Shown piece after piece: positions 51,142 to 60,204 of a stretch of DNA of 64,000 bases (positions within the stretch are counted from its first letter, which is position 1; every line of letters starts with the position of its first letter). The DNA is from Elusimicrobiota bacterium (GTDB taxonomy: Bacteria > CAYTYR01 > UBA6262): contig PMCA01000004.1 in NCBI GenBank assembly GCA_003153935.1, forward strand, positions 19,933-83,932, in the 5' to 3' direction. The position numbers and the translations under genes are program-made. The notes under the pieces are model-generated. The model was not told the DNA's origin. It saw only the letters and a program-made list of their open reading frames with translations, and ran no database searches.

Positions 51142-52908
51142 TTAGAGGGGGAGAGTGAACCAGAAGGTAGAGCCTTTTTCTTCGACGCTTTCTACGCCGA
51201 TACGGCCCTGATGGGCTTCGATGATGTGTTTGACTATCGCTAAGCCCAGCCCGGTGCCGCCCAATTCGCGGGAGCGGGCTTTATCCACGCGGTAAAAACG
51301 TTCGAAAATACGGGGCAGGTCTTTGGCGGGGATGCCCTGGCCGGAGTCAGTCACCTGGATCTTTATTGAATCCGGCGCGGCGGTGGCGATAATAGTTACC
51401 GAGCCGTTCTCGCGGTTAAATTTAATGGCGTTATCCAACAGGTTGATCAGCACCTGCTTAAGCTGGTCGCGGTCAGCGTTTATGGTTGGTAGAGAGGCCG
51501 GCAGCTGCCGCCGTAACTGGATCTTGGCTTTTTGCAGCTGCGGGCTGAAGCTTTCCGCGGTCTCCAGGATCAATTCCCGCAGGTCAACCGGCTGCAAGTT
51601 CGGTTGTATCTCCCGGGATTCGATCTTGGAAAGCTCCAGTATGTCATCGATCAGTTTGCCCAGGCGCTGGGCATGGTCGTGAATGATATTAAGGAAGCGG
51701 CGATTATTATTCTTATCTTCCAGGGCGCCGTTCAGCAGGGTTTCCACGAAACCCCGGATAGAGGTGAGAGGCGTCCGCAGTTCGTGCGAAACATTGGAGA
51801 TGAATTCCTTCCTGATATTTTCCAGTCTCCTGATCTCGGTAATGTCATGCATTACCAGTACGGCGCCGAAAGGCGTTTCTTCGCTGGTGAGGGGGCTGGC
51901 ATAGATCAGGAATGTCTTCTGGACCGGCAGCAACAAGGTTAGTTCGCTCTGCTGCGGCTGGCCGGAGCGCAAAACGTCATTAAGGATCTTATCCAGGTCA
52001 TTGTTGCGGATAGCCTCCAGCAGCATCTTGCCCTGAACCTCGGTCCTGGTTACGGAGAAAATATTTTCTATGGTCTTGTTGACCAGCAGGATGTTACCGC
52101 TGAGGTCGCAGGCAACCACTCCTTCGGTCATGCTGGAAATAATGGCGGTGAGTTTATTCTGTTCCCGCTTGATTTCCGACATCGTTCCTTGCAATTGCTG
52201 GAAGAGCTGGTTTAAGGACCGGGCCAGATTGCCTATCTCATCTTTGGTGAAGACCGGTATCTTCTGATTCAGGTCCCCGCGTATGGCATTTTGCGTTATT
52301 TGATTAATTTGCCGGATGGGTTTGGTGACAAAATAAGCGGAAATATATCCCAATATAATGGTAAGGAACAGAGCTAATAGTAACCCGAACCACAAATTGG
52401 ACAGGGTATTAACTGTTAAATATTTTACTAGGGTAGTGGGCAGGGCGATCCGGATCACCCCGGTAATTTCACCGGTTCCGGTTTTAGCGGGAATAGCCGC
52501 GTAAAGCATGGGTTTAAGGACAGTGAAACTATAGCGGGTACTATATCCGATTTTACCGTTCAGGGCCTCGATAACTTCCGGCCGGGTGCCGTGGTTCTCC
52601 ATAGTTTCCGGATTGGACTCGGAATCCCCCAGCACGATCCCGTTTTTGGCGATAATAGTAATGCGGGAGTTGGTTTTCTGTTTTATTTTGAATATCAGGG
52701 GCTGGACTAGCTTAGGGTTTCCCTGGCTGATCAATTCCGCCGGGATGAATTCAGAGATCAACTGGGCGCGGGTGACCATTTCATCTTCCAATTGAAGCTT
52801 CGATTCCCGGCTCAATTTATGCAGGATAGTTATGGTAGTGAATGAGAATACCAATAATACCAGTAGCAGGTAGTTGAGGATCAATTTAGAGGTGAGGTTG
52901 ATTTTCAT
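51142..52908 (-). CDS. phoR: Phosphate-regulon sensor kinase (sCache-like-HAMP-PAS-HisKA-HATPase)
   Basis: MENH.TRPEV..A, NVSHELRTPL, RIFERFYRVDKARSR..GGTGLGL. Confidence 0.92.
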   Translation of the reverse strand: MKINLTSKLILNYLLLVLLVFSFTTITILHKLSRESKLQLEDEMVTRAQLISEFIPAELISQGNPKLVQPLIFKIKQKTNSRITIIAKNGIVLGDSESNPETMENHGTRPEVIEALNGKIGYSTRYSFTVLKPMLYAAIPAKTGTGEITGVIRIALPTTLVKYLTVNTLSNLWFGLLLALFLTIILGYISAYFVTKPIRQINQITQNAIRGDLNQKIPVFTKDEIGNLARSLNQLFQQLQGTMSEIKREQNKLTAIISSMTEGVVACDLSGNILLVNKTIENIFSVTRTEVQGKMLLEAIRNNDLDKILNDVLRSGQPQQSELTLLLPVQKTFLIYASPLTSEETPFGAVLVMHDITEIRRLENIRKEFISNVSHELRTPLTSIRGFVETLLNGALEDKNNNRRFLNIIHDHAQRLGKLIDDILELSKIESREIQPNLQPVDLRELILETAESFSPQLQKAKIQLRRQLPASLPTINADRDQLKQVLINLLDNAIKFNRENGSVTIIATAAPDSIKIQVTDSGQGIPAKDLPRIFERFYRVDKARSRELGGTGLGLAIVKHIIEAHQGRIGVESVEEKGSTFWFTLPL

Positions 52909-53612
52909 GCGCCGTCCAGACTTCCGGTTTCCAGCCGGTAGCCGACGTTTTTAATGGTAATAATGCGCGGGGCCAGGCTTTTTAATTTCTTGCGCAGATA
53001 GCGGATATGAACATCCACGGTGCGAGTGGTGATCTCCAGGGAATGTTCGTAACCCCAGACATTCTCCAGCAGACTATCCCGGGTAACAGCGCGGCTCTTG
53101 GCGGCCAGTAGCGTTTTGAGCAGTTCAAATTCTTTAGTGGTCAAGGCTATGGTTTTCCCTTTTTGGGTCACCAGGTATTTACTGAAATCAATGACCACCT
53201 CGCCGATCCTGGCTATTTCCGGCTGCTTAGCTTCGGGCCGGAGCCGGCGGAACAAAGCTCGGATGCGGGCTATGAGTTCTTTAGGACTGAAGGGCTTGGT
53301 GATATAATCATCCGCTCCCAATTCCAGGCCGATTATTTTGTCGCTCTCGCTGGACTTCGCCGTCAGCATAATAATAGGTATGTGGCTGGTTTTAGAATCC
53401 TTCTTTAGTATTTTGCATACTTCCAGGCCGTCGATTTCCGGCAGCATCAGGTCCAGCAGGATCAGATCAGGATGGTGGCGGCGGGCCTGGTCCAGGGCTT
53501 TCTGGCCATTAGTCGCCACTTGGATCTTGAAATTCTCTTTTTCCAGGTTATATTGGATCAATTCCACTATGTCCCGGTCATCTTCTACTATTAATATCTT
53601 TTCCTTGCTCAT
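52905..53612 (-). CDS. phoB: PhoB/PhoP OmpR-family response regulator
   Basis: LDLMLP, MLTAK, GADDYITKPFSP, TRTVDVHI. ATG 53612 with GGGAG SD. Confidence 0.92.
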   Translation of the reverse strand: MSKEKILIVEDDRDIVELIQYNLEKENFKIQVATNGQKALDQARRHHPDLILLDLMLPEIDGLEVCKILKKDSKTSHIPIIMLTAKSSESDKIIGLELGADDYITKPFSPKELIARIRALFRRLRPEAKQPEIARIGEVVIDFSKYLVTQKGKTIALTTKEFELLKTLLAAKSRAVTRDSLLENVWGYEHSLEITTRTVDVHIRYLRKKLKSLAPRIITIKNVGYRLETGSLDGA

Positions 53613-53706
53613 GGTTTCTCCCAGCTTACACCTATATCTTACCAAAATTACCCCTCCAGAGGCAACATGATTATTATAATTCCGCCTCTTTTCTTAATTT
53701 ATTTAG

Positions 53707-53738
53707 CGGGAGCATAAAAGAATACTTTTATGCTCCCG
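53707..53738 (-). terminator. Perfect 14-bp hairpin after the 53758-54228 gene
   Basis: CGGGAGCATAAAAG / CTTTTATGCTCCCG. Confidence 0.65.
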
Positions 53739-53757
53739 AGAGATTGACTAAGTTTTT

Positions 53758-54228
53758 TTACCAAGCGACGCTGAGAACTTTATAGCCGATATAGTATCCC
53801 AGATTATTTGCGGAGTGGGAATTGCTTCCCGCTACTACTACTTGCAAGTTGCTTTCCAAAGCGGAAGGGGCAGTCCTGATAATATTACTAAGCGTGCCAC
53901 CCACCCTGATAAAACTTGGATTCCTATCCGATTCACTGGCTTTCTTCCTGCCAATACCGTTCAAAAAGTTATCATTGGGAGTCGAGGTCCCCGGTTTAAA
54001 ACCAAATCCTGCCGGTAACGGGCCCTTCATGGTTCCGATTGCAGGCGATCCCGCTGTGGCGGTTGAAGTAAATGTAGGAGTGATCGGTTTGCCAACACTA
54101 TCCCTATAATGCTTGGTATTATTGGGGTTGTAACCAGCTGGGTATCCGCCTACTATATCCCCGACATTAACGGCGTAGCTGGCAGTTGCTAAAACCAGCA
54201 AACTTAAGACTACTAACAAGATCTTCAT
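53758..54228 (-). CDS. Secreted hypothetical protein
   Basis: Signal peptide ending ASYA; GGAGG SD; G/P/T-rich N-half; C-terminal YYIGYKVLSVAW. Confidence 0.7.
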   Translation of the reverse strand: MKILLVVLSLLVLATASYAVNVGDIVGGYPAGYNPNNTKHYRDSVGKPITPTFTSTATAGSPAIGTMKGPLPAGFGFKPGTSTPNDNFLNGIGRKKASESDRNPSFIRVGGTLSNIIRTAPSALESNLQVVVAGSNSHSANNLGYYIGYKVLSVAW

Positions 54229-54292
54229 TTTCCTTTCCTCCTTTTGCTTATTTTGTTACTTTGCTCTTATTTTAACTATTTTCACATAGGAT

Positions 54293-55003
54293 TTATAATT
54301 CCGCTCTTTTCCCTGAGCCCAGATAATACTTGGCCAGGTTCTGGATACCGGTATGGAGGTAACGATATAAGTCACTGAGTGACCAAAAGTGGTAGTGAGC
54401 GGTGCATTTTTTCATTTCTATGGCGAGACGCAAGTCCGCGGCGGTTCTGCCCGCGAAAAGAGTATAGCCGTGTCCCAGGAAGTGGGCGTCATGGGCGTCA
54501 CTAGAGCCGATAGCGGTATGCATGCTGGAGGCATTTTTCAGGGCAGCTTTCATATTGGCCCACCAACTGGCGGCGCTGGAGTTGCAGATGACTTCCAGGC
54601 CGTCTATAGGCAGCCGGTCCATTAATTTGCCAGCGGAAACATGGCCACGTTTCTTGCCTATGTAGAAATGGAAGGGGTGGGGCAGTATGGCCAACCCTTT
54701 TTGCTGGTGTATCTTTTCAATGGTTTCCTCCGCTGTTAATCCGGGTTTGATGCGCTCTTTCAGGAATAAACCCAGTATATGCCCGTTGACGGTGGTGATC
54801 TCTTCGCCGACAATAACCTCGACGCCTAAATAGGGGTGGGCCTGGGCGAATTCCTGGGCTTTTTGCGCACCCTTGATACGGTTATGATCACAAATGGCTA
54901 TCACCGCCAGCTCTTTGATAGAGGCGGTCTTGACGATCTGCTCCGGGCTGTCCAGCCCATCACTAAAGTAGGTATGAATGTGTAAGTCTGCTTTGCTTTT
55001 CAT
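54293..55003 (-). CDS. PHP-domain metal-dependent phosphoesterase
   Basis: DLHIHT..SDG, CDHN, GEEI...GH, PHPF, SSDAH. ATG 55003 with AAGGAG SD. Confidence 0.88.
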   Translation of the reverse strand: MKSKADLHIHTYFSDGLDSPEQIVKTASIKELAVIAICDHNRIKGAQKAQEFAQAHPYLGVEVIVGEEITTVNGHILGLFLKERIKPGLTAEETIEKIHQQKGLAILPHPFHFYIGKKRGHVSAGKLMDRLPIDGLEVICNSSAASWWANMKAALKNASSMHTAIGSSDAHDAHFLGHGYTLFAGRTAADLRLAIEMKKCTAHYHFWSLSDLYRYLHTGIQNLAKYYLGSGKRAEL

Positions 55004-55027
55004 AGTATTCTCCTTTTTGTTACTATA

Positions 55028-55152
55028 CATATAACAAAGCCATAATAAGTATAAATTAGTGTCAGGTTAAATCGGTGTTAAGATTCCAGGAGGATAAATT
55101 TACTCAATCTTAATTTAAACTTCATTTGTTGTTAATATGGGCGCTTTATAGT
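55028..55152. promoter_or_regulatory. Divergent pair of Pho-box-like arrays
   Basis: Minus: TTAACA-N5-TTAACC-N5-CTAATT-N5-TTATTA-N9-TATATG (55081 to 55028). Plus: TTTACT-N5-TTAATT-N5-TTCATT-N5-TTAATA-N9-TATAGT (55099-55152). Confidence 0.62.
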
Positions 55153-55194
55153 ATAAGAGTACTTAGCGCCTAATCAGCTTAGAAGGAGGTTGTT

Positions 55195-55356
55195 ATGCAA
55201 AACGAGAACGCACTTCCCGTGGCTACCGTGCAAAAGGACGAAATGGAACTTATACAGGTTTACCGGAAAGCCAAAGCTTTACGGTTTGCCGATATCAATG
55301 TGGCCATCCAGGAAGGCATAAGAGTCAAGCTATGGCTGACCGAGAAGAGGAAATAA
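55195..55356 (+). CDS. 53-aa small protein, YezD/DUF2292-like
   Basis: Not in the ORF track; AAGGAGGT SD; MQNENALPVATVQKDEMELIQVYRKAKALRFADINVAIQEGIRVKLWLTEKRK. Confidence 0.7.
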   Translation: MQNENALPVATVQKDEMELIQVYRKAKALRFADINVAIQEGIRVKLWLTEKRK

Positions 55357-55364
55357 GAGCGGAT

Positions 55365-56477
55365 ATGCACACGAAAAAAGTTGTCATTCTTTATGCTTCC
55401 TGCGGGGCCGGGCATTATACTGCGGCGCAGGCGATCGCTGAGCGTTTCGCGGCGCAAAGCATGGCCGTGGAGATAAAAGACATCCTGGATTTTGCTCCGT
55501 CCTGGTATAAGCGGATTTATCGGGATGGGTATTATTTTTTGATCAGGAAAATGCCCTGGTTGTGGGGTTTTCTTTATCGCAGTTCAGAAAGAAAGGGCCG
55601 GGTAACCATTTTGGACCAGTGGGTGAGATTATGGGAAACTAACCTTTTTCGCGACTTCTATCGTTTCTTGGATGAAGCCAAGCCCAACTTGGTGATCGCC
55701 ACTCATTTTTTACCGGGTTCACTGCTGGCCGGGACCAACAGGGGCTTCAAATTCATGGTCGTGGTTACTGATTATTACGCCCATAGCTTGTGGCTTTCCG
55801 AGCGGACCGACCAGTATTTTGTTGCCTCCGAAGAGGTAAAAGGTAATTTGGTGGACAGAGGGGTGAATTCTGAGATCATAGCGGTCACCGGTATCCCGAT
55901 CAAACCGGTCCCGGGTAGAAAAAGCCCCATGGCTGACAATAACGTATTAGGGATCGACCCTGCTGTTTTTAAAGTGTTGCTGTTAAGCGGCGCCGGCGGT
56001 TCCGGCCGGTTGGCGGCGATAATAAAAAGCTTGGAGAAATATGCCGGATCCTTGCAGTTAATAGTCAGCACTGGAATTGACCAGAAATTATTACAAGATC
56101 TGCGTAGTAAATTTGCCACCTCCAAACTGCACTTAAAACTGATCGATTTCAATACCCCTGTTTATCCGTATTTTCAGGCCGTGGATCTGGTTATCACCAA
56201 GCCGGGCGGCTTGACCATCACCGAATGCATGGCCTTCGGACTACCTTTGCTGATGGTTAATGTAATTCCCGGCCAGGAGGAAGGAAATGCCGAATATATG
56301 AGGGAGAAAAGGGCCGGGATCCTGGTTAAAGATTTGCGCCGGCTGCCTGTTATAGTCGGGGAGTTGATGAAGGACAGATTAGAATTAGCGGAAATGGGCG
56401 CCCGGGCTATGCAAGCAGCTCCCAAGAATTCTGCCCAGGCCATGTTTAAGATAGCCCAGGCCGTACTAAAGAATTAA
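55365..56477 (+). CDS. MGDG-synthase/UgtP-like diacylglycerol glycosyltransferase (GT28)
   Basis: S.GAGH..AA.A, IATHFLP, VVTDY..H..W, TGIPI, ITKPGGLT..E, PGQEEGN. Confidence 0.88.
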   Translation: MHTKKVVILYASCGAGHYTAAQAIAERFAAQSMAVEIKDILDFAPSWYKRIYRDGYYFLIRKMPWLWGFLYRSSERKGRVTILDQWVRLWETNLFRDFYRFLDEAKPNLVIATHFLPGSLLAGTNRGFKFMVVVTDYYAHSLWLSERTDQYFVASEEVKGNLVDRGVNSEIIAVTGIPIKPVPGRKSPMADNNVLGIDPAVFKVLLLSGAGGSGRLAAIIKSLEKYAGSLQLIVSTGIDQKLLQDLRSKFATSKLHLKLIDFNTPVYPYFQAVDLVITKPGGLTITECMAFGLPLLMVNVIPGQEEGNAEYMREKRAGILVKDLRRLPVIVGELMKDRLELAEMGARAMQAAPKNSAQAMFKIAQAVLKN

Positions 56478-56543
56478 TTGCTAATGACTCTGCCAGACTA
56501 GTTTTGGCTTGGAAAAAAGAGCTAGATGTGCTATAAATAACCC

Positions 56544-57779
56544 ATGCCAAAAACCAGCGTTAAAGTACTGCAAACCCAGCTAAAAGAGAAGAAAGAAGAG
56601 ATCGCGGTCCTGTACCGGATCAGCGAGACCATTTCCACCACTGTCAACCTGGAAGAATTACTGAACAAGATAGCCGAGATAGCCCTGCAGGTAACCAAAG
56701 GGGATGCCTGCCATCTCTTTTTATTCGACGAAGCCAGGGAGCACCTGGTCCTGCGGGCGGCCAAACCCCTGCATTCTAAAACTATCGGGCTAGTCCGTTT
56801 AAACATGGGACAGGGTATTGCCGGCCAAGCTGCCAAAACCAAAAAAGTGATTGCCATCAGTAAAAGCGCGCCTGCTGACCCCCGCTATAAACAATTCCCA
56901 GCCCTCCCGGAGGATAAGTTCCAGGCCATCCTGGCCGTTCCGATCATAGCCAAAAACGAGGTTATCGGGATCATTAACATCCGTCATCGCGTTTCGCATA
57001 AATATTCCGGGCGGGAAGAGAACCTGGTAAGCCTGATCGGTAATCAGGTCGGTTCCGCTATCGAAAAAGCGCGCCTGTATGAGGAGAGCAAAAAGAAATC
57101 TCGCCGGCTGGACACCATGTCGCGGATATCCAGCACGATCGTCTCCGGCCGTTATTTGAACGAAATTCTGCAATTGATCGTGACCATGACCGCGGAGATG
57201 ATGAACTCCAAGATCTGCTCGATCATGCTCCTGGATGAGAAACAGCAGGAGCTGCAGATCATGGCTACCCAGTCCCTGAGCCCGGAGTATATTAAGAAAC
57301 CAAACCTGAAGGTGGGGGAAAGCGTCAGCGGCAGGGCGGTCCAGGAAAAAAAGCCCATAACCGTGCTGGATGTTACCCGTGAATCAGGATACAAGTATCC
57401 CGAATTAGCCAGGCAGGAGGGCATAGTCAGCATGCTGTCGGTTCCGATGATGGTCAAGGATAAAGTAGTCGGGGTGATCAACAGTTATACTTCGCATGAG
57501 CATTCTTTCAGCGAGGAAGAAGTGAAGATACTCCAATCCGTAGCCAACCAGTCGGCTATCGCTATAGAAAACACTAAACTTTTCGACAAGACCATGGAGA
57601 TGGAAGAGGCCCTGGAGACCAGGAAACTGGTGGAGAAGGCCAAGGGCGTGCTGATGACAAAATATAATATGAACGAATCCGAGGCTTTTAAGATCATCCA
57701 GCAGCAGAGCATGAATACGCGCAAGAGCATGAAGCAGATCGCCGAGGCTATCCTGCTTACGGCGGAAATGAATAAATAA
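56544..57779 (+). CDS. GAF-GAF-ANTAR RNA-binding regulator
   Basis: Two GAF domains; ANTAR LETRKLVEKAKGVLM...SEAFK..QQQSM..RKSMKQIAEAI. Confidence 0.92.
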   Translation: MPKTSVKVLQTQLKEKKEEIAVLYRISETISTTVNLEELLNKIAEIALQVTKGDACHLFLFDEAREHLVLRAAKPLHSKTIGLVRLNMGQGIAGQAAKTKKVIAISKSAPADPRYKQFPALPEDKFQAILAVPIIAKNEVIGIINIRHRVSHKYSGREENLVSLIGNQVGSAIEKARLYEESKKKSRRLDTMSRISSTIVSGRYLNEILQLIVTMTAEMMNSKICSIMLLDEKQQELQIMATQSLSPEYIKKPNLKVGESVSGRAVQEKKPITVLDVTRESGYKYPELARQEGIVSMLSVPMMVKDKVVGVINSYTSHEHSFSEEEVKILQSVANQSAIAIENTKLFDKTMEMEEALETRKLVEKAKGVLMTKYNMNESEAFKIIQQQSMNTRKSMKQIAEAILLTAEMNK

Positions 57780-57789
57780 AAGAAGTTGG

Positions 57790-57860
57790 CGAGTTACGGG
57801 TTGCGTGTTCCGGGTTTTGGATAATTTACATAAACTCGTAACTCGGAACTGGGAACGCGT
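57790..57860. repeat. Degenerate heptamer tandem repeats in inverted arrangement
   Basis: GAGTTAC GGGTTGC GTGTTCC GGGTTTT ... AACTCGT AACTCGG AACTGGG AACGCGT. Confidence 0.6.
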
Positions 57861-57866
57861 TAACTT

Positions 57867-57892
57867 AACCCCAGAAATGGGGTTTTTATTTT
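57867..57892 (+). terminator. Intrinsic terminator just before the mnmG RBS
   Basis: AACCCCA-GAAA-TGGGGTT followed by TTTATTTT. Confidence 0.7.
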
Positions 57893-57901
57893 AGAGGATA
57901 T

Positions 57902-59764
57902 ATGCAACAGTATGATGTTATCGTTATAGGTGGTGGGCACGCAGGGATAGAAGCCGCCCTGGCGGCGAGCCGTATGGGTTGTAAAACCCTGATGCTCACC
58001 ATGGATATTGAAAAAATAGGGGCCATGAGCTGCAATCCGGCGGTAGGCGGCTTAGCTAAAGGCCAGCTGGTCAAGGAGATTGACGCTCTCGGCGGGGAAA
58101 TGGCTAAAGCCACCGACGCCTGCGGCATCCAGTTCCGCATTTTGAACCGTTCCAAAGGCCCGGCAGTCTGGTCCACCCGCGCGCAAGTAGACCGGCACCG
58201 CTATAATGACTATATGAAAGAAATAATATTGGCGCAAGACGGCCTGGATGTTAGAGCCGGAATGGCGACTGACCTGCTGGTGAAGAAGGACGCGGTTTAC
58301 GGAATAAAAACGGCGGATGATGAAGAGATACATGCTAAAGCAGTGGTCATTACTCCGGGTACTTTCTTGAACGGACTTATCCACATCGGCCTGGAACACT
58401 TTCCCGGGGGCCGGATTAACGAAGAGCCGGCTTTGGGTATCTCCGATACTCTGCGTAAACTGGGATTCAAGGTGGGCCGGCTTAAAACCGGTACCTGCGC
58501 CCGCCTGGATAAAAATACTATAGATTTTTCCCGCACCGCCATACATTTAGGCGACGAGCCGCCGGTGCCGTTCTCGCTTTCCACTACGGAAATAAAATTA
58601 CCGCAAAAACCATGCTACCTTACCCACACCAACAGCGAAACCCATAAGGTCATACTGACTAACCTCGACCGGTCGCCGTTATATACCGGTGTGATCAAGG
58701 GCACCGGAGTGCGCTATTGTCCATCGATCGAAGATAAATTGAAGCGTTTTCCCGACGCTGTCCGGCATCAGATCTTCCTGGAGCCGGAAGGGCTGGATAC
58801 CGATGATTACTACCCCAATGGGGTTTCTACCAGCTTGCCGGTGGATGTGCAGGAAAAATTCCTGCGCACGATTCCGGGTTTGGAAAACGTGAAGATCGTC
58901 AGGCCTGGCTATGGTATTGAATATGATTATGTTGATCCGACCCAGCTTAACTTGAGCCTGGAAACAAAAAAGCTTAAGGGGTTATATTTGGCGGGACAGA
59001 TAAACGCTACCACTGGTTATGAAGAAGCCGCCGCCCAGGGCCTGATGGCGGGAATAAACGCTGCGCTTAGGGTTAAGAACAAAGAGCAGTTCATCCTGGA
59101 CCGCAGCCAGGCCTATATCGGCGTGCTCATCGATGACCTGGTGACCAAGGGGACCAGCGAGCCATACCGGATGTTTACTTCCCGGGCGGAATACCGCCTG
59201 GTTTTAAGGGAAGATAACGCTGACCTGCGCTTGCGGGAATTCGGTTTCCAACTGGGCCTGGTAAAGAAAAGAGAACATGAAGAGCTGATACGCAAAAAAA
59301 ATAATGTGGCCGCGGAACTGAAGAGGTTGAAAAAAACCGCCGTGAAACCGGCGCAGGTCAATAATAAATTGAGCGCCTGGAAAAGCGCCAAAGTCAAAAG
59401 TCCCGCAAAATTATCTTTATTATTAAAGCGCCCTGAGTTAAAATATAGCCATATTGCCGAGCTCAGCCCGGCACCAGCGGGTCTGTCCCCGGCGGAAATG
59501 AACCAGGTGGAAATTGAAACCAAGTACGAGGGCTTTTTTGCCCGGCAGCTGCGGGAAATCGAGAAATTCAGGAAAATAGAAGAAATGAAGATCCCGGAAG
59601 GATTCAGTTATGAAGAGATCAAAGCCCTCTCCCGGGAAGTGCGGGAAAAATTGACCAGATTCCTTCCGCGCTCGGTGGGCCAGGCCTCGAGGATATCCGG
59701 GATAACACCCGCGGCTATCTCTATCCTGATGGTCCATTTACATCGGTACAGGCATGAAAAATAA
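57902..59764 (+). CDS. mnmG: tRNA U34 carboxymethylaminomethyl modification enzyme
   Basis: GGGHAG.EAA, MSCNPAVGG, RYCPSIEDK, AGQIN.TTGYEEAAAQG, YRMFTSRAEYRL. Confidence 0.97.
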   Translation: MQQYDVIVIGGGHAGIEAALAASRMGCKTLMLTMDIEKIGAMSCNPAVGGLAKGQLVKEIDALGGEMAKATDACGIQFRILNRSKGPAVWSTRAQVDRHRYNDYMKEIILAQDGLDVRAGMATDLLVKKDAVYGIKTADDEEIHAKAVVITPGTFLNGLIHIGLEHFPGGRINEEPALGISDTLRKLGFKVGRLKTGTCARLDKNTIDFSRTAIHLGDEPPVPFSLSTTEIKLPQKPCYLTHTNSETHKVILTNLDRSPLYTGVIKGTGVRYCPSIEDKLKRFPDAVRHQIFLEPEGLDTDDYYPNGVSTSLPVDVQEKFLRTIPGLENVKIVRPGYGIEYDYVDPTQLNLSLETKKLKGLYLAGQINATTGYEEAAAQGLMAGINAALRVKNKEQFILDRSQAYIGVLIDDLVTKGTSEPYRMFTSRAEYRLVLREDNADLRLREFGFQLGLVKKREHEELIRKKNNVAAELKRLKKTAVKPAQVNNKLSAWKSAKVKSPAKLSLLLKRPELKYSHIAELSPAPAGLSPAEMNQVEIETKYEGFFARQLREIEKFRKIEEMKIPEGFSYEEIKALSREVREKLTRFLPRSVGQASRISGITPAAISILMVHLHRYRHEK

Positions 59765-60188
59765 ATTCGCGATTATAATATTGCTATTTGTGTTGGCCGG
59801 GTGCGCCGGCCAGGAACTAAGCCGGGAGAACCCGGTTCCTGTACCGGCCGAGTACGTCACCGGCTTGGACGCCAACGCTACCTGGCGGGCATTGATGCGC
59901 TTCGCTAGCCGTAACGGCTACCATTTTGTAAAACTGGAAAGCGAAAAGGGGATAATGGAGATCAGCGCCGGCGATATATTTGACGGCGATTATTCCAGCT
60001 ATTATCTGCATTATAACCTGGTGGTGGTCGGTCTGGCCCAGGGTACCAAAGTGGTAGTGGATACCGGTTTCTTCGATAACAATGGCCGGGAAGTCGAGTT
60101 TCAGCGCCATATGGAAAAAATGAAAGAGAATAAGGACCGGCAGATATTACAGGAGATAAAGAAGTTTTTGGAGAACGGGCAAAAATAG
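59754..60188 (+). CDS. Lipoprotein of unknown function
   Basis: Lipobox LAGC; overlaps the mnmG stop. Confidence 0.75.
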   Translation: MKNKFAIIILLFVLAGCAGQELSRENPVPVPAEYVTGLDANATWRALMRFASRNGYHFVKLESEKGIMEISAGDIFDGDYSSYYLHYNLVVVGLAQGTKVVVDTGFFDNNGREVEFQRHMEKMKENKDRQILQEIKKFLENGQK

Positions 60189-60204
60189 CCGGAGGAGAGG
60201 GTTA

